In this document: positions 9,886-19,423 of the stretch, in pieces
Numbering within the stretch: the first letter of the stretch is position 1
Layout: each line of letters begins with the position of its first letter
Source of the DNA: Wolinella sp.
GTDB lineage: Bacteria; Campylobacterota; Campylobacteria; Campylobacterales; Helicobacteraceae
Assembly: GCA_052170135.1 (NCBI GenBank)
Contig: JBQNBC010000002.1
Location: 127,426 to 191,425, forward strand
Direction of reading: 5' to 3'
Length of the DNA stretch: 64,000 bases
Notes under the pieces: model-generated
What the model was told of the DNA's origin: nothing
Seen by the model: the letters and a program-made list of their open reading frames with translations, nothing else
Database searches by the model: none
Translations under genes and position numbers: made by a program

Positions 9886-10469
9886 TCAAAATTTTACCGA
9901 TTTTCCATTAATCGGGACAAACTTCCACATATCATTGCTTAAGAGCTTACAGTGATCGCTTTGGATTCTAAAATGAAAAACAAGAATCGATTCACCCTTG
10001 TCATACTCCGCTAGCTCGGTAATACTAGCATCAGTCTGTCCTCTTACTGCCTGCTTCTTGTGCACCCATGCAATAACACAGCTTGTGCTTATGTCTTTTC
10101 TACTAGGGGTCGCTGAACTGTAAAAATTAGCGAACAATGCCGTGCTAAAATTAAAACCATCAATACCAAAACTTCCAGAATATCTTGTCCATAAAGCTGG
10201 ATTTGTCGCCACTGTGTTTGCAATCAGGTTTGTATTTGCCTCTGCCTGGCTAAATGACATGGCTGGCACCGTCTGCATCATGGTCTGAATATCGGTCTTT
10301 ATTGAGACGATTTGTGCATCATCGCGATTAGCCGCCATCTTTGGTACGGCGATAGAGGCGAGAATCCCAAGGATAACAATTATAAAAACTTTAGCTCGAT
10401 CATGGTAAACGCCGAGCGCCTGCCTCTGCTGGCATACAGCGAAGAACAGCCTGGAATGGTAAAAATCAT
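9886..10469 (-). pseudogene. Type IV pilin/pseudopilin-like gene frameshifted inside the N-methylation helix
   Basis: AAGGA RBS, ATG 10469 ...RRSAFTMIEL, then 2 extra bases (AA), then VFIIVILGILASIAVPKMAANRDDA in another frame, continuous with ORF 9886..10338. Confidence 0.85.
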
Positions 10470-10777
10470 AGGATTCCTTACAAAATATATAAACGTCGCA
10501 TTATAATTCTAATAAGCTAAAACTAGAAAGCTAGATACAATCAAGCTTTGTTCTTGCGCAAGCTCCAAAAAAACAAAACTCATAAAATACAAATAAAGCC
10601 TCTGCACAATAAGCCACCTCGTCAATTTTATGCTTTATTAAAACTAAAGTAGCCACCGTAATCAAATCCTGCTTACGAGATATCTACATTGATGATATAT
10701 TTCACAATCCATTTCTTAAATATTTTTAGGGCACAATTCAGCGATTTTTGATGGTTATATACTTTAAGGAGATAGTA

Positions 10778-11302
10778 ATGGTAAAAAAAGTGACACTAGC
10801 AACAGTTGCGCTATTTACAGCAGTGAGCCTATATGCCAATAATGAATGTGTCTGTTTTGAGCTAAAAGGTGAATTTGGCGATGAAATACGTGCAATTTTG
10901 CAAAAATACTCCAAGAATCTAGGTAGCAAAGATATAAAAGTAGTGAGAGAAGATGCCGATCTAAGCACAGCAGAGAGGAGTTTTCTAGAAAGTTTAGTCG
11001 GAAGCGCAAAAGTATCTGGAGATAACGTCAATACAAAAGCTTATGATATAGAAAATGGCAAGAAACTATATGAGCGCGACTGTGCGAGTTGCCATGGGAT
11101 TAATGCCGAAATACCATTAAGTGGCAATGCAGCGATAGCAACATGGAAAGCTGATGATATCGTAATAGAGATTCGTGATTATCAACTAGGACAATATGAA
11201 GGACCATCACGCTTTGTCAAACAGACGACAGCAAACACATATAGAAGCAAAGATATGAATGACATCGCACAATACATTCAAACACTAGGTGGGGGCAAGT
11301 AA
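10778..11302 (+). CDS. Secreted monoheme cytochrome c (c553-like C-terminal domain with an N-terminal extension)
   Basis: AAGGAG RBS before ATG 10778; Sec signal peptide; GKKLYERDCASCHG heme motif; DIAQYI terminal helix. Confidence 0.85.
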   Translation: MVKKVTLATVALFTAVSLYANNECVCFELKGEFGDEIRAILQKYSKNLGSKDIKVVREDADLSTAERSFLESLVGSAKVSGDNVNTKAYDIENGKKLYERDCASCHGINAEIPLSGNAAIATWKADDIVIEIRDYQLGQYEGPSRFVKQTTANTYRSKDMNDIAQYIQTLGGGK

Positions 11303-11319
11303 CCCCCGCTAAAAATAGC

Positions 11320-11541
11320 CTAAGCGCGCACGTCCAAGCTAATGCCCCTACCAGTTTGGATAGTAGCCTGCTGGATAGCCTCTAGACTACTTGCTTGCTG
11401 GCTTTGACCATTGCTAGCCTCAACCCCTTCAAGCAATTGACCCATCAGGGTCTCTTGAGTTTCCATAGCCTTTTTCAACACCGGAATAGTGGTAGAAGTC
11501 GAGCCATAAGCTAGCCCGCTCCCAAGTCCCATAACATCCAT
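11320..11541 (-). CDS. Small YjfB-like putative motility protein
   Basis: AAAGGA RBS before ATG 11541; VLKKAM..Q...L and C-terminal G..LDVRA; sigma28 promoter upstream. Confidence 0.7.
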   Translation of the reverse strand: MDVMGLGSGLAYGSTSTTIPVLKKAMETQETLMGQLLEGVEASNGQSQQASSLEAIQQATIQTGRGISLDVRA

Positions 11542-11572
11542 TGTCAATCCTTTCAAATAAGATGACACCCTA

Positions 11573-11599
11573 TAATCGACACGATTTGATAAAACTTTA
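11573..11599 (-). promoter_or_regulatory. Sigma28 (FliA) promoter
   Basis: TAAA-N15-GTCGATTA versus consensus TAAA-N15-GCCGATAA, about 30 nt upstream of ATG 11541. Confidence 0.75.
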
Positions 11600-11722
11600 T
11601 CCATATAGACTCTTAAGCACAGTAAAGAATCTAACCGATATGAAAAACAAACCAATCACAATAAAAAATCCACAGATAATTTCTCGCCACACAGACACAT
11701 ATAAAAAGCCACAAAAGCAATT

Positions 11723-11739
11723 TTGGAATAGTTTTTGCA
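11723..11739 (+). promoter_or_regulatory. Sigma54 (RpoN) -24/-12 promoter-like site
   Basis: TTGGAATAGTTTTTGCA = GG-N10-GC. Confidence 0.5.
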
Positions 11740-11846
11740 CTGCTAAGTTCAATATTGCCAAACTTGTGTTTGTCCAAAAAAGCGCATGGATATTTTTAGG
11801 TTTTTTGCCTATAATTTGCCAATTTTGCGCCGTTTAAGGATTGTAA

Positions 11847-12278
11847 TTGACATACTTTATTGCCACTGACCACGCCGGTTTTAACATCAAGGAGCACATC
11901 AAGGCATTCGTGCGACAAAAGGGGCACGAGATAGTAGACTTGGGCGTGCATGAAAATGAGCGCGTAGACTACCCAGACTATGCGCATGAGCTTTGCGAGC
12001 AAGTTTTAAAAACACCAGATAGTGCTGGGATTCTTGTTTGTGGTACCGGGATTGGAATGAGTATCAGTGCAAATCGCCACAAAGGAATCCGCGCCGCACT
12101 CTGTCATGACGCTTACACAGCAAAGCTGACGCGCCAACACAATGATGCAAATATCCTATGCATGGGCGAACGTGTAGTAGGACTTGGTGTGGTAGATTCT
12201 ATTCTTGAGGCATTTCTAGATACCTCGTTTGAAGGTGGTCGCCACGCATGCAGAATTGGAAAAATTGAGAGAGAGTAG
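11847..12278 (+). CDS. rpiB: Ribose-5-phosphate isomerase B
   Basis: DHAG, DYPD, CGTGIGMSI.ANR, HNDAN, FEGGRH; TATAAT at 11810. Confidence 0.96.
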   Translation: MTYFIATDHAGFNIKEHIKAFVRQKGHEIVDLGVHENERVDYPDYAHELCEQVLKTPDSAGILVCGTGIGMSISANRHKGIRAALCHDAYTAKLTRQHNDANILCMGERVVGLGVVDSILEAFLDTSFEGGRHACRIGKIERE

Positions 12279-12280
12279 CG

Positions 12281-12613
12281 ATGATTTTTGAGTGGTTTTT
12301 GCTTGCAAGCCTCATACTTTTTATCCTGTTTATGGTCGTGAAGACATTTTTTTACAAAAGCATCGCTCATAGAGAAGAGAAGAGTAGTGCTGTCATGAAA
12401 CTAACCTTACAAGAGGCTGAGATTCTTATACGCAAGCACCAACTCCAACTCCAGCGCGCATTAGGAAATATCGACATACTAACAGACGAAATAACATCAT
12501 TGCGCAACGAAGTAAAGCTCTTAAAACAGCGTAACTCACAATACAGAATCGAAAGCGAAAAGTACAAGAGTCGCATCAAAGATTTAGAGCAAAAAATAGA
12601 AGCTCTCTTGTAA
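12281..12613 (+). CDS. Membrane-anchored coiled-coil hypothetical protein
   Basis: N-terminal TM helix plus heptad-rich tail; within the rpiB-apt operon. Confidence 0.8.
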   Translation: MIFEWFLLASLILFILFMVVKTFFYKSIAHREEKSSAVMKLTLQEAEILIRKHQLQLQRALGNIDILTDEITSLRNEVKLLKQRNSQYRIESEKYKSRIKDLEQKIEALL

Positions 12614-12637
12614 TTTCTGCATATCTAAGGAGAATTT

Positions 12638-13186
12638 ATGTTACATCTGACCAATGAGCAACAAAAATCGTTGCTCGACACTCTTCGCACGATACCAGAC
12701 TTTCCCAAAAAGGGTGTACAGTTTCGCGATATTACGACGTTACTCAATGATGCCGAGGCATTTTCTTTCATTATCGATTTTTTGGCAAAGCGGTACAAGG
12801 ATTCTCGCCTAAACTTTATTGCAGGCATAGAATCACGTGGCTTTATCTTTGGGGCAGCACTTGCGATAAAACTCGGTATTGGTTTTGTCCCGATTCGCAA
12901 AAAGGGAAAGCTCCCATACACAACAATAACCGAAAAATATCTGCTTGAATATGGATTTGATGAAGTAGAGATACATATTGATGCTTTTAGAGGTATAAAA
13001 AATAGCCGTGTATTACTTGTTGATGACATCATCGCTACTGGTGGCACTGCCGAAGCAGCAGTAAAGCTAATTAAGGCGGCCAAGGGCGAGTGCGTAGAAT
13101 CGTGCTTCATACTAAATCTACGCGATCTAGGCGGCGCGTATAAAATATCAAAACTCTCACAAATTTATACCGTATTGGATATTTAG
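12638..13186 (+). CDS. apt: Adenine phosphoribosyltransferase
   Basis: [38 protein letters not shown]. Confidence 0.97.
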   Translation: MLHLTNEQQKSLLDTLRTIPDFPKKGVQFRDITTLLNDAEAFSFIIDFLAKRYKDSRLNFIAGIESRGFIFGAALAIKLGIGFVPIRKKGKLPYTTITEKYLLEYGFDEVEIHIDAFRGIKNSRVLLVDDIIATGGTAEAAVKLIKAAKGECVESCFILNLRDLGGAYKISKLSQIYTVLDI

Positions 13187-13188
13187 CC

Positions 13189-14388
13189 ATGTTTATGCCA
13201 ATAGCTAGCCGCTTTGACCCGGATTCTAATGGGTATTTTGGAGAGTTTGGTGGGAGATTTATCCCAGAAACACTAATGGGCACGATTTTAGAGCTCGAAC
13301 AGGCGTATAATGAAGTGCGCTTTGATCCTCAATTTTGGCGTGAGGCAGACTACTATCTGCGTGAGTATGTTGGTCGCCCAAGTCCGCTATATTTTGCTGA
13401 ACGACTAAGCAAAGAACTTGGTATGAAAATCTATCTAAAGCGCGAAGATCTAAATCATACTGGTGCACATAAAATAAATAACACAATAATCCAAGGCTTG
13501 CTCGCCAAACGTCTTGGCAAAAAGAGAATTATCGCCGAAACTGGTGCGGGACAGCATGGCGTGGCTAGCGCAACTATCGCGGCGTTGCTTGGACTTGAGT
13601 GTGAAGTATTTATGGGAGCAAATGATATAGCAAGACAGGAGCTAAACGTCTTTCGCATGAAGCTCCTAGGTGCAAAAGTAACAAGTGTGGAATCTGGCTC
13701 AAAAACACTAAAAGACGCTATGAATGATGCAATCCGCCACTGGGTTACAAATGCACGCGATACATTCTATGTAATCGGCACAGTGGCTGGTCCACACCCA
13801 TATCCACTTATGGTGAGCGATTTTCAGAGTGTCATTAGCTTTGAAGCTAAAAAGCAGATTCTTGAAAAAGAGGAGCGGCTACCAGACTATGTCGTTGCGT
13901 GCATAGGCGGTGGAAGCAATGCAGCTGGAATCTTCTCTAGATTCCTTGATGAAGAGGGCGTGAGATGTATAGGTATCGAGGCTGGTGGGCTTGGGATAGA
14001 AAGCGGTCACCACGGAGCTAGCCTAGCCAAAGGCAGTAAAGGAATCCTACATGGACAAAAAAGCTATCTCTTACAAGACGATGAAGGACAGATAAAAGAG
14101 GCATATTCTATTTCCGCTGGGCTTGACTACCCAGGGATTGGACCGCTACATGCTCATCTATTTGAGTGTGGAGTAGCTGAATATGACAATATCACCGATA
14201 AAGAGGCATTAGATGCATTTACATGGCTCAGTCAAAGAGAGGGAATTATTCCTGCATTTGAAAGCGCACACGCTGTAGCATATCTAAAAAAAGCGCAGGA
14301 GCGATTCCGCGATAAAATAGTAATTGTTTCACTATCTGGGCGTGGCGATAAAGATATGATACAAGCGAAGAATCTACTTAAATTTTAA
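13189..14388 (+). CDS. trpB: Tryptophan synthase beta subunit
   Basis: [15 protein letters not shown] (PLP Lys), [29 protein letters not shown]. Confidence 0.97.
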   Translation: MFMPIASRFDPDSNGYFGEFGGRFIPETLMGTILELEQAYNEVRFDPQFWREADYYLREYVGRPSPLYFAERLSKELGMKIYLKREDLNHTGAHKINNTIIQGLLAKRLGKKRIIAETGAGQHGVASATIAALLGLECEVFMGANDIARQELNVFRMKLLGAKVTSVESGSKTLKDAMNDAIRHWVTNARDTFYVIGTVAGPHPYPLMVSDFQSVISFEAKKQILEKEERLPDYVVACIGGGSNAAGIFSRFLDEEGVRCIGIEAGGLGIESGHHGASLAKGSKGILHGQKSYLLQDDEGQIKEAYSISAGLDYPGIGPLHAHLFECGVAEYDNITDKEALDAFTWLSQREGIIPAFESAHAVAYLKKAQERFRDKIVIVSLSGRGDKDMIQAKNLLKF

Positions 14389-14403
14389 TAGTCGGAGCTG
14401 CAC

Positions 14404-14964
14404 ATGGAAGAGTTATTTATCGGCTGGCTAAGAGAATATGGTTATATTATTTTGTTTATATGGAGCATGTTAGAGGGCGAGATAGGACTTGTAATGGCTG
14501 GCATAATGAGCCATACAGGCGATATGAATTTCTGGGTTGCGCTCATTGTGGCTGGACTTGGAGGCTTTGCTGGTGATCAGGCCTACTTCTATATAGGGCG
14601 CTACAACAAAGGCTTTATCTATAAAAAGCTAAAAACGCAACATCGTAAGTTTGCCCTAGCACATCTTTTATTGAAAAAATATGGCTGGCCTATCATCTTT
14701 ATCCAAAGGTATCTATACGGTATGCGAACCATATTACCAATGTCTATTGGTGTTACGCGATATAGCGCAAAGATGTTTGCATTTATAAATCTTATCAGTG
14801 CATTTATTTGGGCTACCATTACTATTACGCTTGCCTATATGTTTGGGGAGCAGCTTTTGGTGATTTTACACTGGGCTAAGGAACATTTCTATATTGCAAT
14901 TCCTTTTGCTTTAATTCTTGGTGGTAGCATAATATGGTACTTTCACCATCATACTAAAAAATAA
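14404..14964 (+). CDS. DedA-family membrane protein
   Basis: LEGE, GDQAYFYIGR, RYLYGMR motifs. Confidence 0.9.
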   Translation: MEELFIGWLREYGYIILFIWSMLEGEIGLVMAGIMSHTGDMNFWVALIVAGLGGFAGDQAYFYIGRYNKGFIYKKLKTQHRKFALAHLLLKKYGWPIIFIQRYLYGMRTILPMSIGVTRYSAKMFAFINLISAFIWATITITLAYMFGEQLLVILHWAKEHFYIAIPFALILGGSIIWYFHHHTKK

Positions 14965-14972
14965 GGAAAACT

Positions 14973-16421
14973 ATGAAGATTTCACTACAAGATTCTCCAT
15001 TTGGAAAAATAGATGCTCAGAGTGCATTAATCTTTGTCGTAGATAAAGATTTTTCACACATTAAGGATGTAGATTCCTCGTTGTTTTCCTCGCTTGGTTT
15101 TGATGGCAAGGACAGTGATATACTATTTTTACCAGAGCAAAAGTGCCTATATTACGCGCTCAGTAAACTCGATGCAGATTCTTTACGCGAGGCGAGCGCA
15201 AAGGCTATAAGAATAGTCAAAAAATATCCATTCAAATCGCTAAAAGTTTTAGCGCCAAGTCGCGATTCTAGGCTACTTGATGCGCTTATTGCTGGCTTTT
15301 TACTAGGCGATTACACTTTTGACACATACAAAAACAAAAAGAGCGAAAGCAAACTTGAAAAAATCCTAATCGCCAAAGAAACCAGCAATAGATCACAGAT
15401 TGAACCAAAGTCGTTTAAGACCATTTTGGCGCGTCAAAGTAGCATTTCTAAGGCTGTCAATTTCACTCGCGAACTAGTCAATACCCCTCCAGATGACGCT
15501 ACGCCAAAAAAACTAGCAAAAATAGCAGAAAAAATAGCAAAGGAACAGAATCTAACTTGCAAAATACACGACGAAAAATATCTAGAAAAAGAGGGAATGG
15601 GCGCATTTATTGCTGTTTCACGCGCCAGCAACCATCCACCACGCTTAATTCATCTATCAAACAAACCAAAGAATCCAAAGCTAAGAATTGCACTTATTGG
15701 TAAAGGTCTAACATATGACAGTGGTGGATTAAGTCTAAAACCCGCTGATTTTATGGTAACAATGAAAGCTGATAAAGGCGGTGGTTGCGCAGTTTTAGGG
15801 ATTTTACAAGCAGCAAGCGAGCTTGGGATTGAGATCGAGCTTCATGGCATCATTGGCGCAACAGAAAATATGATCGGTGGCAACGCATACAAGCCAGATG
15901 ATATCCTGCGCGCCAAAAATGGAAAAACCATTGAAGTACGAAATACAGATGCCGAGGGACGACTCGTACTAGCTGACTGCCTTTGCTACGCACAGGAGCT
16001 AAAACCAGACTATATAATCGACCTAGCAACCCTTACTGGCGCATGCGTCGTAGGATTAGGCGAGTACACGTCTGGAGTACTAGGGCATAATCGTGCACTT
16101 AAGCAACGTTTCCTTGAATGCGCAAATAAAAGTGGGGAGCTAGTCGCGGATCTACCGTTTAATCGCCACCTAAAAGAGCTAATCAAATCAAAAGTAGCTG
16201 ATGTATGCAATGTATCAGGCACGCGATATGGTGGCTCTATTACAGCTGGGCTATTTCTCTCTGAATTCATAGAAGAATCCTATCATGACAAGTGGCTACA
16301 TCTAGATATAGCAGGTCCGGCCTATGTTGAAAAAGAGTGGGATGTCAATCCGCATGGTGCAAGTGGTGCAGGCGTGCGCATGGTGATTGAATTTTTAGAA
16401 TCGCTCGCACAGGAGGCATAA
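14973..16421 (+). CDS. pepA: Leucyl aminopeptidase (M17)
   Basis: GKGLTYDSGG.SLK, MKAD, NTDAEGRL, HLDIAG. Confidence 0.96.
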   Translation: MKISLQDSPFGKIDAQSALIFVVDKDFSHIKDVDSSLFSSLGFDGKDSDILFLPEQKCLYYALSKLDADSLREASAKAIRIVKKYPFKSLKVLAPSRDSRLLDALIAGFLLGDYTFDTYKNKKSESKLEKILIAKETSNRSQIEPKSFKTILARQSSISKAVNFTRELVNTPPDDATPKKLAKIAEKIAKEQNLTCKIHDEKYLEKEGMGAFIAVSRASNHPPRLIHLSNKPKNPKLRIALIGKGLTYDSGGLSLKPADFMVTMKADKGGGCAVLGILQAASELGIEIELHGIIGATENMIGGNAYKPDDILRAKNGKTIEVRNTDAEGRLVLADCLCYAQELKPDYIIDLATLTGACVVGLGEYTSGVLGHNRALKQRFLECANKSGELVADLPFNRHLKELIKSKVADVCNVSGTRYGGSITAGLFLSEFIEESYHDKWLHLDIAGPAYVEKEWDVNPHGASGAGVRMVIEFLESLAQEA

Positions 16422-17522
16422 ATGGCACTAAGCATAGGAATCGTCGGACTTCCAAATGTCGGCAAATCTACAACCTTTAACGCGCTTACAAAAGCACAAA
16501 ACGCTGAAGCAGCCAACTATCCATTCTGCACTATTGAGCCAAACAAGGCCATTGTTGCTGTGCCTGATTCTCGTCTTGATGAGCTGGCAAAAATAGTCAA
16601 TCCACAGAAAATACAATATTCTGTCGTGGAGTTTGTTGATATTGCTGGGCTTGTAAAAGGCGCTAGCAAAGGCGAAGGTCTTGGAAACCAATTCCTTGCA
16701 AATATCAAAGAGACTGAGGCTATTTTACACATTGTACGTTGCTTTGATGATGGGAATATTACTCACGTAGAGGGTAGCATCGATCCTTTACGTGATATTG
16801 AAATCATCGAGACTGAGCTACTTTTGGCAGATATGCAGACATTAGAGAAAAGAATCGAACGCTTAGAGCGAATGGCAAAGGCCGACAAAGATGCGAAAGC
16901 CACGCTTGAAATCGCACAATCTCTAATGCTACACATACAATCTGGCAATTCAGTGAGAATTTTTGCTAAAAAGGATAGTGAAGAGTTTAAAGAACTCAAT
17001 CGCGAACTTCGATTCCTTACCAACAAAGAGATAATTTATGGTGCAAACGTTGATGAAAATGGACTTAGCGAGGATAATTCACACGTCATTGCCGTTCGTA
17101 AACACGCTGAAAAAAATGGCTGCGAAGTGATAAAACTGTGTGCCAAAATCGAAGAAGAGATGGTCGCGCTTGAACCCGATGAAAAACAAGAATTTTTAGA
17201 ATCACTTGGCGTAGAAGAATCCGGACTTGATCAGATAATCCGCAAAGGCTTTGAAAAGCTTGGACTCATAAGCTACTTCACAGCAGGAATCAAAGAGGTA
17301 CGCGCATGGACAATAAAGAATGGCTACACGGCACCACAAGCTGCAAGCGTAATACACAAGGACTTTGAGCGAGGATTTATACGTGCAGAGACTATTGCCT
17401 ATGAAGACTTTGTCAAATATGGTGGCGAAGCAAAAGCAAAAGAAGCTGGCACACTTCGGGTAGAGGGCAAAGAGTACATCGTCAAAGATGGTGATGTAAT
17501 GCACTTTAGATTTAATGTCTAA
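16422..17522 (+). CDS. ychF: Ribosome-binding ATPase
   Basis: GLPNVGKST, NYPFCTIEPN, DIAGLV, GEGLGNQFL, C-terminal FRFNV. Confidence 0.97.
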   Translation: MALSIGIVGLPNVGKSTTFNALTKAQNAEAANYPFCTIEPNKAIVAVPDSRLDELAKIVNPQKIQYSVVEFVDIAGLVKGASKGEGLGNQFLANIKETEAILHIVRCFDDGNITHVEGSIDPLRDIEIIETELLLADMQTLEKRIERLERMAKADKDAKATLEIAQSLMLHIQSGNSVRIFAKKDSEEFKELNRELRFLTNKEIIYGANVDENGLSEDNSHVIAVRKHAEKNGCEVIKLCAKIEEEMVALEPDEKQEFLESLGVEESGLDQIIRKGFEKLGLISYFTAGIKEVRAWTIKNGYTAPQAASVIHKDFERGFIRAETIAYEDFVKYGGEAKAKEAGTLRVEGKEYIVKDGDVMHFRFNV

Positions 17523-18417
17523 GGCTTTTTACAAAATTCACATAGAACTTAGCGACTTCTGTGGGCTTGCATGTAGCTTCTGCACCCCGGCTAAGAATCG
17601 TCGCGAGCCTATGCCATTGCCACTCTTTCAGCACACCTTAAGAGAGTGCGCACCACACACTGACATAGTCGCGCTACATCTACTTGGCGACCCGCTCACG
17701 ATTCCAAATCTCTCTGAATACCTTGACTTGATTTTAAAATATAACTTAAAAGCAGAAATTACTACATCTGGTTTCTACCTTGGTGAGACAGAGAGAAAGA
17801 TACTTCTACACCAAGCAATACATCAAATCAATTTTTCACTAACAAGCTACTTTGATAACAAAAAGCGCCTAAGTCTAGAACACTACTGGTCGCAAATCAC
17901 AGCATTTATAGAAGCTAGACGCAAAAACATCAAAGCGAAGAATCAAGAATCAAATGCCATGCAAAAAATGCGCAAAGAGCCCGATTCCTGTAGTTTTGTC
18001 AATCTGCGTATTTGGAATTTAGAGCAAGATTCTAGGCAAACAGAGATGCTTTTACTACTGGAGAATTATTTTGAAACGAGAATCAACCAGCAAAAAAAAC
18101 GTCAACGTTTAGAATCTCATGTGATTTTAGATATCGATTCTCTCTTTAGTTGGCGTGATTCCACACCACATGTAAATGGATTTTGCATGGCACTAAAAAG
18201 TCATGCAGGAATCCTCTCAGATGGCACAATAGTCCCATGCTGTCTAGATACCAAAGGAGATCTCGCGCTAGGAAATATCAAAGATGGGCTAGCTACCGCA
18301 CTCGCCTCACCGCGCGCCAAACGCATAAAAGCAGGCTTTGAGCAGGGAATTTGCATAGAGCCTTTTTGCCAATATTGCGGCTATATAAAACGTTTTGAAA
18401 AGCAAAATAAATTATAA
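17515..18417 (+). CDS. Radical SAM/SPASM-domain protein
   Basis: CGLACSFC, GDPL, C-terminal C...VPCC...C..C. Confidence 0.88.
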   Translation: MSKAFYKIHIELSDFCGLACSFCTPAKNRREPMPLPLFQHTLRECAPHTDIVALHLLGDPLTIPNLSEYLDLILKYNLKAEITTSGFYLGETERKILLHQAIHQINFSLTSYFDNKKRLSLEHYWSQITAFIEARRKNIKAKNQESNAMQKMRKEPDSCSFVNLRIWNLEQDSRQTEMLLLLENYFETRINQQKKRQRLESHVILDIDSLFSWRDSTPHVNGFCMALKSHAGILSDGTIVPCCLDTKGDLALGNIKDGLATALASPRAKRIKAGFEQGICIEPFCQYCGYIKRFEKQNKL

Positions 18418-18444
18418 TTTTTGATAAAAAATTGAGGGATTCTT

Positions 18445-18729
18445 ATGAGCTTTTGGCGTGTTTTGCGCTTTGTGTTTCTGCCTTTTATTATTTATGTGTC
18501 GTGGCTTTTCCTAGGCGGCAAGCACCAAGAGGCAAGCGCGCTAGCACTTGTTGTATTTGTAATCTCAATCGCAAATCCGCTAAACACGCTCAAAACAAAG
18601 CGCGATGAGAAGTTAGATAGCAAATTTCAACATAATAAAAAGAGAATCAACGACATAGAAAAAGAGCGCATAAAGCACCATGTCGAACAAGAGAAAAAGC
18701 GCGTAATCGAGGAGTTAAAGCAGCGATAG
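18445..18729 (+). CDS. Small membrane hypothetical protein
   Basis: Two TM helices plus charged tail; GAGGG RBS; TATAAT at 18413. Confidence 0.7.
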   Translation: MSFWRVLRFVFLPFIIYVSWLFLGGKHQEASALALVVFVISIANPLNTLKTKRDEKLDSKFQHNKKRINDIEKERIKHHVEQEKKRVIEELKQR

Positions 18730-18918
18730 TCTAGCTTTAAGAGATAAAAAAACCGCAACAAGAATCCAACACACACATTAAAGTATATGCAATGTGCGCA
18801 TTTTTGGCTTACCCTACTCTATCACACAAACCAAAGGGCAAGAAAGAGAATCAAATCTATAATCAAAGCTGGCAAAAACAGATACATAGCTACAAAACAA
18901 TGCGCTACGCATCTGTTT

Positions 18919-19374
18919 TTAAGCCTTTAGGATTCCTTTTTCAGCAAATAGCCCCATAACGCCTCGCTCAATCATTTCAAATACCTTTAAAAAACCATCG
19001 CCATCGTGATAGTGATACGGGTCTGGCACATCAGCGCCATCTAGCCCAAAATCGCCAAGAAGAGCTAGCTTTTCACGCGGAAAGTTGCGTGCTAGGTCGC
19101 TTAGATTTTGTTTGTCCATAGCTACTAACAGGTCAAACTCGTCTATATCTGAGGCATTTACCTGTCGTGATCGAAGTGCTGAGATATCAATTCCGTGGTG
19201 CTTTGCAACATTTATAGAGCCATCACATGGGGCTTCTCCAGCATGCCAGCCACTAGTCCCAGCAGAATCAACCCTAAGGAAAAGTCCATTTTCACTTACG
19301 ATTCTTCTAGCTACCCCCTCTGCTAGCGGAGAGCGACAGATATTTCCTAGGCATACAAATAATATTGATTTCAT
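18919..19374 (-). CDS. Low molecular weight protein-tyrosine phosphatase
   Basis: VCLGNICRSP, DSAGT, DPY motifs. Confidence 0.93.
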   Translation of the reverse strand: MKSILFVCLGNICRSPLAEGVARRIVSENGLFLRVDSAGTSGWHAGEAPCDGSINVAKHHGIDISALRSRQVNASDIDEFDLLVAMDKQNLSDLARNFPREKLALLGDFGLDGADVPDPYHYHDGDGFLKVFEMIERGVMGLFAEKGILKA

Positions 19375-19423
19375 AGTTTCTCTTTCTCAAGGATAAAATA
19401 GCGAAATTCAAAAAGGTGTACCA

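Noticed and set aside
13189..14388. trpB without adjacent trpA
   Set aside because: Dispersed trp genes are ordinary; the protein looks like a standard TrpB, and trpA may lie elsewhere.
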